Shown: positions 1 through 6,953, numbered from the stretch's first letter. The stretch is DNA of 20,000 bases from an uncultured virus (IMG/VR IMGVR_UViG_3300046794_000135) (IMGVR_UViG_3300046794_000135); one strand, 5' to 3'. Notes: generated by a model not told the origin, from the letters alone. Numbers and translations are program-made.

Positions 1-153
1 GCGCTCCTGCAGCGCCATAAGCTTCGCCAGCGTGTCGGGATCGGCGTTCGACGAGAGCGCACGGTCGAGCATTTCGAGAGGCGTGATTGTCCGCGATGCG
101 GTACGGGCAGGAACATCGTGCTCGATGGTCTTAACGGCGGTAGACATGGGCAT
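1..153 (-). CDS. Probable ERF-family ssDNA-annealing protein, N-terminal part (runs off the left edge)
   Basis: Manual translation MPMSTAVKTIEHDVPARTASRTITPLEMLDRALSSNADPDTLAKLMALQER; SD CAGGAGGT upstream; the 'L.KLMALQER' N-terminus is typical of phage ERF proteins; position in the leftward early operon. Confidence 0.55.
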   Translation of the reverse strand, partial: MPMSTAVKTIEHDVPARTASRTITPLEMLDRALSSNADPDTLAKLMALQER

Positions 154-346
154 TTACCTCCTGATTGTCTTTGGCGATCCGGTGTGCTTCCGGCTGCCCG
201 ATGAAGTAGAATGAGAGGAAGACGACGACCAAGACGCCGAACAGGGTCACGGCTTGGTTGAGCCCGCTGATAAGGCGCTGGCGCTCGACCTCAACCTTGT
301 CGTTTAGAGCCTTGGCGCGGTCGAGGTAGGATTGAGCCTCATTCAT
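131..346 (-). CDS. Small hypothetical membrane protein
   Basis: 71 aa with one hydrophobic segment (AVTLFGVLVVVFLSFYFIG); ATGA overlap with the upstream gene. Confidence 0.7.
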   Translation of the reverse strand: MNEAQSYLDRAKALNDKVEVERQRLISGLNQAVTLFGVLVVVFLSFYFIGQPEAHRIAKDNQEVNAHVYRR

Positions 347-675
347 GCCCAGTCCCTCGTCTCGCGCTGGTGGTGAGCTTCGTCGTCACGAGCCATATCG
401 TTCTGGCTTTCGGCTTCGGACATCAGCCAGGACGTGAAGGCTTCGGAACAGGTGAAGTGGCCCTCGATCGACGAAGGAAGCTTGATCCTGTTGAGGCCGT
501 CCAAGAAACGGACATCGTCAACCTCGATGCTGGGTTCCTCGCCGGGCTCGGTCAGCGTCTGCTTGCAGCCGGGATGGACGGTGAAATCAACATGAACCGT
601 CAGGAGGATACTGGTGCCGCATTCCCACCCGAATATTTCGATTGTCTGCTTGGCGTGATACTTCTTGCTCATCAC
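343..675 (-). CDS. Hypothetical early phage protein
   Basis: 110-aa ORF coupled to both neighbours by 4-bp overlaps. Confidence 0.75.
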   Translation of the reverse strand: MMSKKYHAKQTIEIFGWECGTSILLTVHVDFTVHPGCKQTLTEPGEEPSIEVDDVRFLDGLNRIKLPSSIEGHFTCSEAFTSWLMSEAESQNDMARDDEAHHQRETRDWA

Positions 676-1067
676 TCAGCAGCCTCCGCGAAGTGACGCT
701 CAAGGCGAGCTGCCGGCGAATGTCCGAAGAACACGACATCATCGGTCCGCTGGTCGCTGGCGTCGTCTGGATCGCGCTCCTGAGACTGTGTGACGGCGTC
801 TGCCCATTCCTGAGCGCAATGGCGACCGTCAACCGTCTTGTCGTCGTAGAGCACGTCCATGATCATCCGGCAGAGCATCTGGTCGAAGGTGTTCGAGCCA
901 GTGACGCTGGGCGTAGGAAGCGTGCGGCGTCCGTCGAGGACGATCGACGTAATGGCGAAGTCGCCGTCGCCGTTGTCCTCAAGCTTGGCCTGTCCGTAGA
1001 TCAGGACGCCTTCACCGAGACCGGGCAATTTTAGCTCATCGAAATCGTATTGGGTCTGGAATGCCAT
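672..1067 (-). CDS. Hypothetical acidic early phage protein
   Basis: Start moved to MAFQTQ at 1067 because of SD GAGGAG upstream; overlaps the next gene. Confidence 0.75.
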   Translation of the reverse strand: MAFQTQYDFDELKLPGLGEGVLIYGQAKLEDNGDGDFAITSIVLDGRRTLPTPSVTGSNTFDQMLCRMIMDVLYDDKTVDGRHCAQEWADAVTQSQERDPDDASDQRTDDVVFFGHSPAARLERHFAEAAE

Positions 1068-1174
1068 GTCTGCCGCTCCTCGGTTCATCCGTTCGCCGTC
1101 TCTCCGTGCTGTCACGCGCTGCTCATCGGCGTTCACGAGTAGGGCCGCCCCTACCGGCATCGGGGGATTGCTGC

Positions 1175-1447
1175 CTAAGCAGCAGCCCCGATCTGCGTTG
1201 CCTCGGTGATGATCGACACGATTTCAGAGGCTGGGAGGCCCCACGCAGCTTTGGCGAACAGGTCGCGAGCCTTGGTGGCGTCTGCCTCGTAGGACCGAAG
1301 CTGGTCGCCGTACTGTTCGAAGGCGTGGACGTTCTGGCGCGTCATCGACATGAACGCGAGCTTGTCGGTATTGCGCTTGACCTTCGTGGCCGAGCCGATT
1401 GCTGCCTTGTAGAGGTTGACCAGTTCGTTGCGGGTTGCGGTTTCCAT
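1175..1447 (-). CDS. Hypothetical protein, first gene of the leftward (PL) operon
   Basis: Start METATRNEL at 1447 with SD GAGGAG, just downstream of the predicted PL promoter. Confidence 0.75.
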   Translation of the reverse strand: METATRNELVNLYKAAIGSATKVKRNTDKLAFMSMTRQNVHAFEQYGDQLRSYEADATKARDLFAKAAWGLPASEIVSIITEATQIGAAA

Positions 1448-1485
1448 TGTCGTCTCCTCAGCGGGTGTTGTTGTTTGATGAGGAG

Positions 1486-1513
1486 AGAATACCAGAATGG
1501 CATAGACAGTCAA
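1486..1513 (-). promoter_or_regulatory. PL-like promoter
   Basis: Minus strand TTGACT-16 bp-TATTCT; an operator lies between the -35 and -10 and overlaps the -10. Confidence 0.65.
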
Positions 1514-1527
1514 TACCAGCTTGGTAT
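1489..1527. promoter_or_regulatory. Left operators OL1 (1489-1503) and OL2 (1513-1527)
   Basis: ATACCAGAATGGCAT and ATACCAGCTTGGTAT: 15-bp palindromes 24 bp apart, matching the sites between cI and cro. Confidence 0.8.
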
Positions 1528-1530
1528 AAA
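1503..1530 (+). promoter_or_regulatory. Rightward promoter for the HTH gene, divergent from and overlapping PL
   Basis: TAGACA-16 bp-TATAAA, with OL2 in the same relative position as the operators in PL and PR. Confidence 0.55.
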
Positions 1531-1538
1531 AGATTGGT

Positions 1539-1886
1539 ATGAGCAAAAAAGATGAAACCACCACAGATAGAATCAGGGCGCTAAAAAAGAAGTACCCTCC
1601 CGTGCAAGTCGGCCCATTCCTGGTGATGCAGAGGAGGTGGATAAGGCGCGTCAATCAGATGGCTGCGCTAACGCATGTTCAGCGATGCGCAGCGGTCTTC
1701 ATCGGAGCGTTCGCGACTCCGGACCGGCCATTTTGTGCGGCAGGAATGGAATACATCTGCAGCCACGTCGGCTGCGAGAGGACCGCAGTTTTCAGAGCTG
1801 TGACGTATTTGGAGGGTCTCGGCTACATGACGGTCGATCGTCAAAAAAGAGCCGGAAATGTCTATCGGATTCAGGTGCCAATCTGA
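1539..1886 (+). CDS. Winged helix-turn-helix protein resembling the N-terminal domain of phage replication initiators (HTH_36-like)
   Basis: Motif LTHVQRCAAVFIGAFA...C..GMEYICSHVGCERTAVFRAVTYLEGLGYMTV......NVYRI fits the HTH_36 pattern. Confidence 0.65.
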   Translation: MSKKDETTTDRIRALKKKYPPVQVGPFLVMQRRWIRRVNQMAALTHVQRCAAVFIGAFATPDRPFCAAGMEYICSHVGCERTAVFRAVTYLEGLGYMTVDRQKRAGNVYRIQVPI

Positions 1887-1892
1887 CAGTTT

Positions 1893-2010
1893 ATGTTGCT
1901 GTGGGGCAACCTCTTCCATGTTGCTGGGGGGCAACACAATATAGACGGGTGCTGATATAGACGGGAGTTATCTTCTATTAGTTTGGCTTAGGATAAGGGT
2001 AATTATTAGA
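1893..2010. repeat. Iteron-like repeats plus AT-rich tract; candidate replication origin
   Basis: ATGTTGCTGTGGGGCAAC (1893-1910) and ATGTTGCTGGGGGGCAAC (1918-1935), each GTTGC-N6-GCAAC; ATATAGACGGG twice (1939-1949, 1955-1965); AT-rich 1966-2010. Confidence 0.6.
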
Positions 2011-2044
2011 AGGGTGAGGGATGAAAATCGACCCCATCACCTTC
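2009..2044 (-). terminator. Possible terminator downstream of cI
   Basis: Imperfect inverted repeat GAAGGTGATGGGGT/ATCCCTCACCCTTC on the minus strand followed by an AT-rich run. Confidence 0.4.
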
Positions 2045-2055
2045 AAAAGCCAAAA

Positions 2056-2736
2056 TCAGGCCACACCGGCCAGCGCGATAAAATGCACCGAGTGTACGCA
2101 ATTCCCATCGAATCGAAGCTCTTTCGGCGGATTGAATTGCTCCAAGACCAGCTCGATGCTGTTTTGCCGGACGAAACGCTTCACGTAGGCCAAAAGCGGC
2201 CCATGCTCTTCCAGCCTCACCTGGGCGATCACGTAATCGCCACGCTTCACCCGTCGCCTTGGATCGACGAAGCAAACTTCGCCATCCTCGTACCTCGGCT
2301 CCATGCTCGAACCTGAGACTGCGACACCGTAGGCCCCCGATATGTGAGAGATCACCGGAGGTGCCATCACCTCGTAAAGCACTGTTCCGTTCATCAGAAA
2401 TTCCCCGTCAACGCCTCCTACGGCTTGCCCATAAACAGGGATTCGCCGCCCAAGACCTTCAACCTTATCCCCAACTGTCGCGTTCGGGGGATCAAATATA
2501 GGGGATGTTCTATCCGATTTCGGAACATCGTTAACAGCCTCCGATGTCCCATTTCCGAACATGAGGGACTCCGCGGTGATGTTCAGATGCGGGGCAATTT
2601 TTTCGGCCCATTCCTTCGTCAGCTTACGCTCACCGCTCTCCAAACGCTTGATTTGGGGCTGAGACGTGCCAACCAGCTCGGCCAATGCCGATTGGCTGAT
2701 GGAAATTTTTTCGCGTAACTCTTTGATCATGTTCAT
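2056..2736 (-). CDS. cI: CI-like prophage repressor (XRE HTH plus S24 peptidase)
   Basis: N-terminal HTH (ISQSALAELVGTSQPQIKRLESG), AVGG cleavage-type region, catalytic Ser in GSSMEP and Lys in YVKR; divergent from a cro-like gene. Confidence 0.93.
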   Translation of the reverse strand: MNMIKELREKISISQSALAELVGTSQPQIKRLESGERKLTKEWAEKIAPHLNITAESLMFGNGTSEAVNDVPKSDRTSPIFDPPNATVGDKVEGLGRRIPVYGQAVGGVDGEFLMNGTVLYEVMAPPVISHISGAYGVAVSGSSMEPRYEDGEVCFVDPRRRVKRGDYVIAQVRLEEHGPLLAYVKRFVRQNSIELVLEQFNPPKELRFDGNCVHSVHFIALAGVA

Positions 2737-2747
2737 ATACCGACATT

Positions 2748-2821
2748 ATTCCGATATGGAATTTTGTTCAAAAGCCATTTTGGTATGGAAAAACGCTTGC
2801 GTGCCGATGCCATTTTGGTAT
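2748..2821. promoter_or_regulatory. Right operators OR3 (2748-2762), OR2 (2772-2786), OR1 (2807-2821)
   Basis: ATTCCGATATGGAAT, AAGCCATTTTGGTAT and ATGCCATTTTGGTAT; consensus ATNCC-N5-GGHAT shared with OL. Confidence 0.8.
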
Positions 2822-2824
2822 TAT
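2797..2824 (+). promoter_or_regulatory. PR-like promoter
   Basis: TTGCGT-16 bp-TATTAT, with OR1 overlapping the -10; cro ATG 5 nt downstream. Confidence 0.65.
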
Positions 2825-2829
2825 GCAGC

Positions 2830-3069
2830 ATGACCCTTGAAGAATATCTCGAAAAGCAAGCACCGAAGCTCTCCCACGCCGAGTTTGGCGAGCGGGTTGG
2901 CGTGACGCAGGCAGCCATCAGCAGATACCTGAATGGCACTCGCTTTCCGTCTCCAGAGCTTATCCGGAAAATCCAGTCTGCGACGAACGACGTCGTGACG
3001 GCGAACGATCTTCTTGTCGGGTTTGAGAAAGCCAAATCGAAAAAGCAGGCACGGGAGAACGCCGCATGA
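2830..3069 (+). CDS. cro: Cro-like XRE HTH regulator
   Basis: MTLEEYL...LSHAEFGERVGVTQAAISRYLNGTRFPSPELIRKIQSAT...VTANDL; divergent from cI. Confidence 0.88.
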   Translation: MTLEEYLEKQAPKLSHAEFGERVGVTQAAISRYLNGTRFPSPELIRKIQSATNDVVTANDLLVGFEKAKSKKQARENAA

Positions 3070-3410
3070 GCTGGTGGGATCAAGCAACCGCCGAGCAGAA
3101 GCTCGCACAGATAGACGCTGGGATTTCCCTCGGCATGACCGGCAAGCAGATATCTATATGCTTGCGTGTCCCCGAGGTTGTGAACGGCAACAGTAAGGTT
3201 ACGGCCTTCGCTCATTCGCATGGCCGGAGTTTCCCGACGACACGGTCAATCGCCGCGATGCGAGGCGGGGCTGCAGCCGCGAAGACGCACAGCCTTCGCA
3301 TTCCAAGGCTATCCGGCACGCCTGAACACATGATCAGCGGCGCTTTCGATATTTTCGAGCGGGACGACGAGCGGGAAGAACTTTCGTTCGGTCTGGAGGC
3401 TGCGGAATGA
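3066..3410 (+). CDS. Hypothetical protein, possible N-terminal HTH (GcrA-like start)
   Basis: ATGA-coupled to cro; MSWW...GMTGKQISICL weakly resembles a GcrA-type N-terminal HTH. Confidence 0.65.
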   Translation: MSWWDQATAEQKLAQIDAGISLGMTGKQISICLRVPEVVNGNSKVTAFAHSHGRSFPTTRSIAAMRGGAAAAKTHSLRIPRLSGTPEHMISGAFDIFERDDEREELSFGLEAAE

Positions 3411-3658
3411 CCTGGAACCACAACATCAAAGCAGCCCCTCACAGCAAGAGCCAGCGCAGGGTTATCAGCACCACCAAGGGCGAGCGAGCCTACAACGAAA
3501 TTCAGCACGAGTACCTCATTCTCGAAACGAAGTGCGGGAAGGTTCTGAAATCATACTGGATCCCCGATGAAGAGCGTTGGGCTGGTCTGGCGACAGGTGA
3601 AGAGCCGATTGCGTGGCAGGAATGGCCCAAGCCTTCCAGAGCCCAGATCGCAGCATGA
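3407..3658 (+). CDS. DUF551-like hypothetical protein
   Basis: MTWNHNIKAAP ... PIAWQEWPKP terminal motifs; ATGA-coupled. Confidence 0.7.
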   Translation: MTWNHNIKAAPHSKSQRRVISTTKGERAYNEIQHEYLILETKCGKVLKSYWIPDEERWAGLATGEEPIAWQEWPKPSRAQIAA

Positions 3659-3689
3659 AACCCCCACCAAACACAGAGAGGGCGGATCG

Positions 3690-4007
3690 ATGACGTTTCG
3701 AGTTGGACAGAAAGTGTTCCTGGCCGTTGACTTCGATCCAGAAGTCAGGGCTTCGGCTCCGAGTGACGACATGATCTTACCTTCCACGGAGGTGGTCTAT
3801 ACGATCCGCCAGATTGGCGAGTTCGAAGGCGACCCGCTGGTTTGGCTTGAAGAGATCACCAACCGTCCGAGGTTTTATCTCGACGCTTTCGACTTCATGG
3901 AACAGGGGTTCGGAGCTTTCCGGTTCCGCCCAGTCGTTGAAGGGAAGGCCGATATCAGCCGGTTAAAAGCCATGCTCAATCCCTCGAAACAAGGTGTACC
4001 GGCATGA
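3690..4007 (+). CDS. Hypothetical phage protein (SH3/KOW-like start)
   Basis: MTFRVGQKV...YTIR...FRFRPVV pattern common in alphaproteobacterial phages; SD GAGGG upstream. Confidence 0.75.
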   Translation: MTFRVGQKVFLAVDFDPEVRASAPSDDMILPSTEVVYTIRQIGEFEGDPLVWLEEITNRPRFYLDAFDFMEQGFGAFRFRPVVEGKADISRLKAMLNPSKQGVPA

Positions 4008-4192
4008 GCGACACACTCTACCTGACTTTCCTCATCGTCGGCGTACCTGCCATCGGCATTGCGGCTCTCGTCTACTGCCTCTGCGTGAAAAGCGGGCAGT
4101 GCAGCCGCGAGGAAGAATCCGAGATTGCCGGCGCTCTTGAAGGCGACCTCACTCCCTACATCAAATCCCTGAACCGTGGAGAGGTGATGTGA
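4004..4192 (+). CDS. Small single-TM membrane protein
   Basis: Hydrophobic N-terminus LYLTFLIVGVPAIGIAALVYCLC; coupled overlaps. Confidence 0.7.
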   Translation: MSDTLYLTFLIVGVPAIGIAALVYCLCVKSGQCSREEESEIAGALEGDLTPYIKSLNRGEVM

Positions 4193-4470
4193 CCGAGTGG
4201 AGACCGATCGAGACCGCGCCGAAGAACACCAAGGTTCTCGCCGCCTATCAAAACGAGCATGGCAACTGGCGCATCGTGACTGCCTGTTATCACACGCAAC
4301 TCGACTGGTCCGACGAATACGGCGACCACGAGGAAGAGTTCGCGCCGGAGGATTGGTACGAGGAGAATGATAGCTCCGAAGTGATCTACCCTACCAGCCG
4401 GAAGCCCACACACTGGATGCCTCTACCGGCTCCACCCATCCTTAGCTCTGGTCCTCCCCCATTGAGCTAG
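4189..4470 (+). CDS. DUF551-family protein
   Basis: W.PIETAPK ... PTHWMPLPAPP signature; SD GGAGAGG. Confidence 0.85.
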   Translation: MTEWRPIETAPKNTKVLAAYQNEHGNWRIVTACYHTQLDWSDEYGDHEEEFAPEDWYEENDSSEVIYPTSRKPTHWMPLPAPPILSSGPPPLS

Positions 4471-4725
4471 GGCGCTGGCTCGGGCGGATCTCCTCTCCTG
4501 CCCGAGCCGGCACCAATTGCATACGCGGCAATTTCCATTGCGCGAACAATCTTACCGCAACCACGCCTAAAGGCTCGAAGCCCTCAAGCGCGGTTGCATC
4601 ACCAGCATCCGAGGCGGCGGCGGAAGGGTGCTGGTGAACTGAAATGACTGGTTGGCCCGAGCGGCGGACCATCGGAGATGACTGAGACTTAATCCCTGGC
4701 AGGATCTTGTTTTGATCATCTCCGA
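4440..4725 (+). ncRNA. Candidate structured RNA: array of about seven tandem hairpins
   Basis: Stems at 4440-4472, 4471-4514, 4515-4533, 4537-4550, 4557-4597, 4599-4637 and 4672-4725; the first two loops carry UCCUCCC and UCUCCUC. Confidence 0.55.
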
Positions 4726-4795
4726 CTTTATCGCGCTTCGACATGACTGTGTGGGCTCCGTTTACAAGGGCAACTTCGCACAGGAGAACGTCAAG

Positions 4796-5191
4796 GTGCT
4801 GGGAAACACGAACACGAGCTTGTCGAACAACGACAAGGAAAAACGAAACAGGAAGAAGGGCATGAGTGACGTCTGTTTGGCCCAAGGCCTATTGAGAGAC
4901 GCGTTCCCACCACGGCGGTACGGGAAAGTAGAAAGTGCTTTCTATGAGGCTCACAAGTTCATCAGCCGTCGCGTTCACAAGCAATTCACGCTTCGGCGTG
5001 TTCGCTCGATCTGGGAAGGTACAGCCCGAAGGATCGATAACGAGGAAATGGAAGCCCTAAAGGCTGCGCTTATCGAGGAGCATATGCGTGAACAAAGAGA
5101 ACTCCGTACCCGTCTGGCTTCGCTGGATGAGAAGATTGCCGCTTTCGATGCGCGCATCTCTCGCGAAGCACTGGAGGAAGGTGGCCGGTGA
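4796..5191 (+). CDS. Putative DNA-binding regulator (CII-like position)
   Basis: GTG start with SD AGGAG (alternative ATG at 4862); FTLRRVRSIWEGTARRID helix-turn-helix-like segment followed by a coiled coil. Confidence 0.65.
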   Translation: MLGNTNTSLSNNDKEKRNRKKGMSDVCLAQGLLRDAFPPRRYGKVESAFYEAHKFISRRVHKQFTLRRVRSIWEGTARRIDNEEMEALKAALIEEHMREQRELRTRLASLDEKIAAFDARISREALEEGGR

Positions 5192-5242
5192 CAGGATCGA
5201 CTGGGCTGATTGGATCATAGACGAGAACAAGGACGAAGATCG

Positions 5243-5509
5243 ATGACATCAGACACAGTCGCAAAAACCCAGCTTCGCGCCTTCGTGGAGCGGATCGAAA
5301 GATTGGAAGCCGAAAAGCAGACGATCACTGACGACGTCAAGGACGTCTATGGAGAGGCAAAGGGCATGGGCTTCGATACCAAGATCCTCAAGAAGGTCGT
5401 CGCCCTACGCAAGAAAGACGAGAACCAGCGCATGGAGGAAGAAGCCATCCTCGACAGCTATCTCGTCGCCCTCGGCATGCAGCCAGACCTGTTCCCCGGC
5501 GAAGGCTAA
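5243..5509 (+). CDS. gapR: GapR/DUF2312-family DNA-binding protein
   Basis: [50 protein letters not shown]...[15 protein letters not shown] is the DUF2312 signature. Confidence 0.92.
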   Translation: MTSDTVAKTQLRAFVERIERLEAEKQTITDDVKDVYGEAKGMGFDTKILKKVVALRKKDENQRMEEEAILDSYLVALGMQPDLFPGEG

Positions 5510-5541
5510 CCAGTTCCCCAAGGCGCGCTCGACCTCCCAAG

Positions 5542-5581
5542 GAGCCGCCCAACTCAAGCCGTCCTAGGCGGCTCTTTCTTT
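5542..5581 (+). terminator. Intrinsic terminator, probably conditional
   Basis: GAGCCGCC/GGCGGCTC stem followed by TTTCTTT; a competing upstream arm lies at 5522-5530. Confidence 0.6.
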
Positions 5582-5597
5582 CCAAGACGAGGCAGAG

Positions 5598-6953
5598 ATG
5601 AACCTACCGGCAAGACAAAGCACTGTCCTAGACCTCGTAGACGAATACGAGGAAAAGAATGCGGCTATCGACGTCGAGCTCAAGGGCTTCGAGGAGGCGT
5701 TCACCCGCCTGGAGATGGCGGCATCGATCCAGGGCAAATACGTCTCGCCTATCACTCGCCACCGTCCGCATATCCATGCATCCGAGCTCCGCAAGGTTCT
5801 GCTGAAATCAGGCTGGAAGGCAATCTATGACCGCCTCCAGATCGATATGATTGCCAGCGCCAAGGATAAGAAGCTGTTCGAGCGCACGCTTGAAGAGCCA
5901 CCGGAGCTCACCTTCGATAATGCCAAGGCGACGTTCGGTGATTACCTCATGCGCCCGCGTCACCACATCCTACGCGGTCTGGCTGAAGTGTTTTCGGATC
6001 TCGATCAGGCTTACAAGTCGCATTCCAAGGTCAAGATCGGCGTCAAGGGTCTGCCGAAGCGTGTCATCATCAGCAGTTACGGCGGCTACGGCAGCTATGG
6101 CCGCGACAAGCTGCGGGACATCGTCAATGCGCTGGCAGCCTATCAAGGCAAGCCTCTGATGAACCATGACGAGCTCAGCGCCATTGCGGCCGCGCATGAC
6201 GCCAGCGAAGACGCCATCCTCGATGGCAGGTCGATCGCGTGGAAGAGCCGGCACCAGGCAGGTGAATACCCAACCCTCGATCGGGGAATCACGGTCAGGA
6301 AATTCAGCAATGGCAACGCTCACGTCTTCTTCGCGCCGAGCACGCTACTCGACATCAACCGAGCTCTAGCTGAGTTCTACGGCGAGGTTTTGCCAGATGC
6401 CGAGGAAGAGGACGCAAAGCGCCAGACCAGCACGGCTGTTTCGAAAGACCTGCAGTTCTACTGGTCGCCAGCAGAGGTGATCGCCAAGGCTCTGGACGAC
6501 ATCGGCATATACGGGAAAAGCTACTACAGCCGCCAGGAGCCGCCAGCCTATCGCGTGCTAGAGCCCTCCTGCGGAGATGGCCGGATCATGGACGAGCTCC
6601 GCAAGCGTGGTTGCCGGCCGTTCGGCATTGAGGTTCACGCCGGTCGTGCCGCCGAGGCGCGCGCCAAAGGTCATTCGGTAATGACTGGGAACTTCCTTGA
6701 GCAGCCCGCGCGCCCTGAGTTCGACTATGTGGTGATGAACCCGCCGTTCTACGGTCGACACTACGTCAAACACGTCAAGCACGCCCTGAAGTTCCTCAAG
6801 CCAGGCGGAACGCTCGTCTCCATCCTCCCAGCAACGGCTCACTACGACCACCAGGAGCTCCAAGGACAGTGGACAGACCTTCCAGTCGGCAGCTTCTCCG
6901 AAGCAGGCACCAACGTTCCTACGGGCATTCTGAAGATGAGGGCGCCGGCATGA
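5598..6953 (+). CDS. DUF4942-type protein with C-terminal SAM-dependent amino (N6-adenine) DNA methyltransferase domain
   Basis: Motif I VLEPSCGDG precedes motif IV VVMNPPF; ITVRKFSNGNAHVFF...INRALAEFYG in the N-terminal domain; C-terminal FSEAGTNV. Confidence 0.85.
   Translation: MNLPARQSTVLDLVDEYEEKNAAIDVELKGFEEAFTRLEMAASIQGKYVSPITRHRPHIHASELRKVLLKSGWKAIYDRLQIDMIASAKDKKLFERTLEEPPELTFDNAKATFGDYLMRPRHHILRGLAEVFSDLDQAYKSHSKVKIGVKGLPKRVIISSYGGYGSYGRDKLRDIVNALAAYQGKPLMNHDELSAIAAAHDASEDAILDGRSIAWKSRHQAGEYPTLDRGITVRKFSNGNAHVFFAPSTLLDINRALAEFYGEVLPDAEEEDAKRQTSTAVSKDLQFYWSPAEVIAKALDDIGIYGKSYYSRQEPPAYRVLEPSCGDGRIMDELRKRGCRPFGIEVHAGRAAEARAKGHSVMTGNFLEQPARPEFDYVVMNPPFYGRHYVKHVKHALKFLKPGGTLVSILPATAHYDHQELQGQWTDLPVGSFSEAGTNVPTGILKMRAPA

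Noticed and set aside
343..1067. Possible paralogy of the two adjacent acidic early proteins (IEVDDVRFLDG versus FAITSIVLDG)
   Set aside because: Similarity is too short to support without a profile alignment
1887..1960. Stop-codon read-through or frameshift extending the HTH gene into a full-length initiator
   Set aside because: The same frame stops again at about 1954 and no initiator C-terminal motifs exist before cI
1893..1965. Mini-CRISPR interpretation of the repeats
   Set aside because: Only two copies of each repeat, with 5-7-nt gaps, and no cas genes
4442..4885. 147-aa minus-strand ORF across the hairpin array
   Set aside because: Opposes the operon direction, overlaps two + genes and has no recognisable motif; the structure explains the region better
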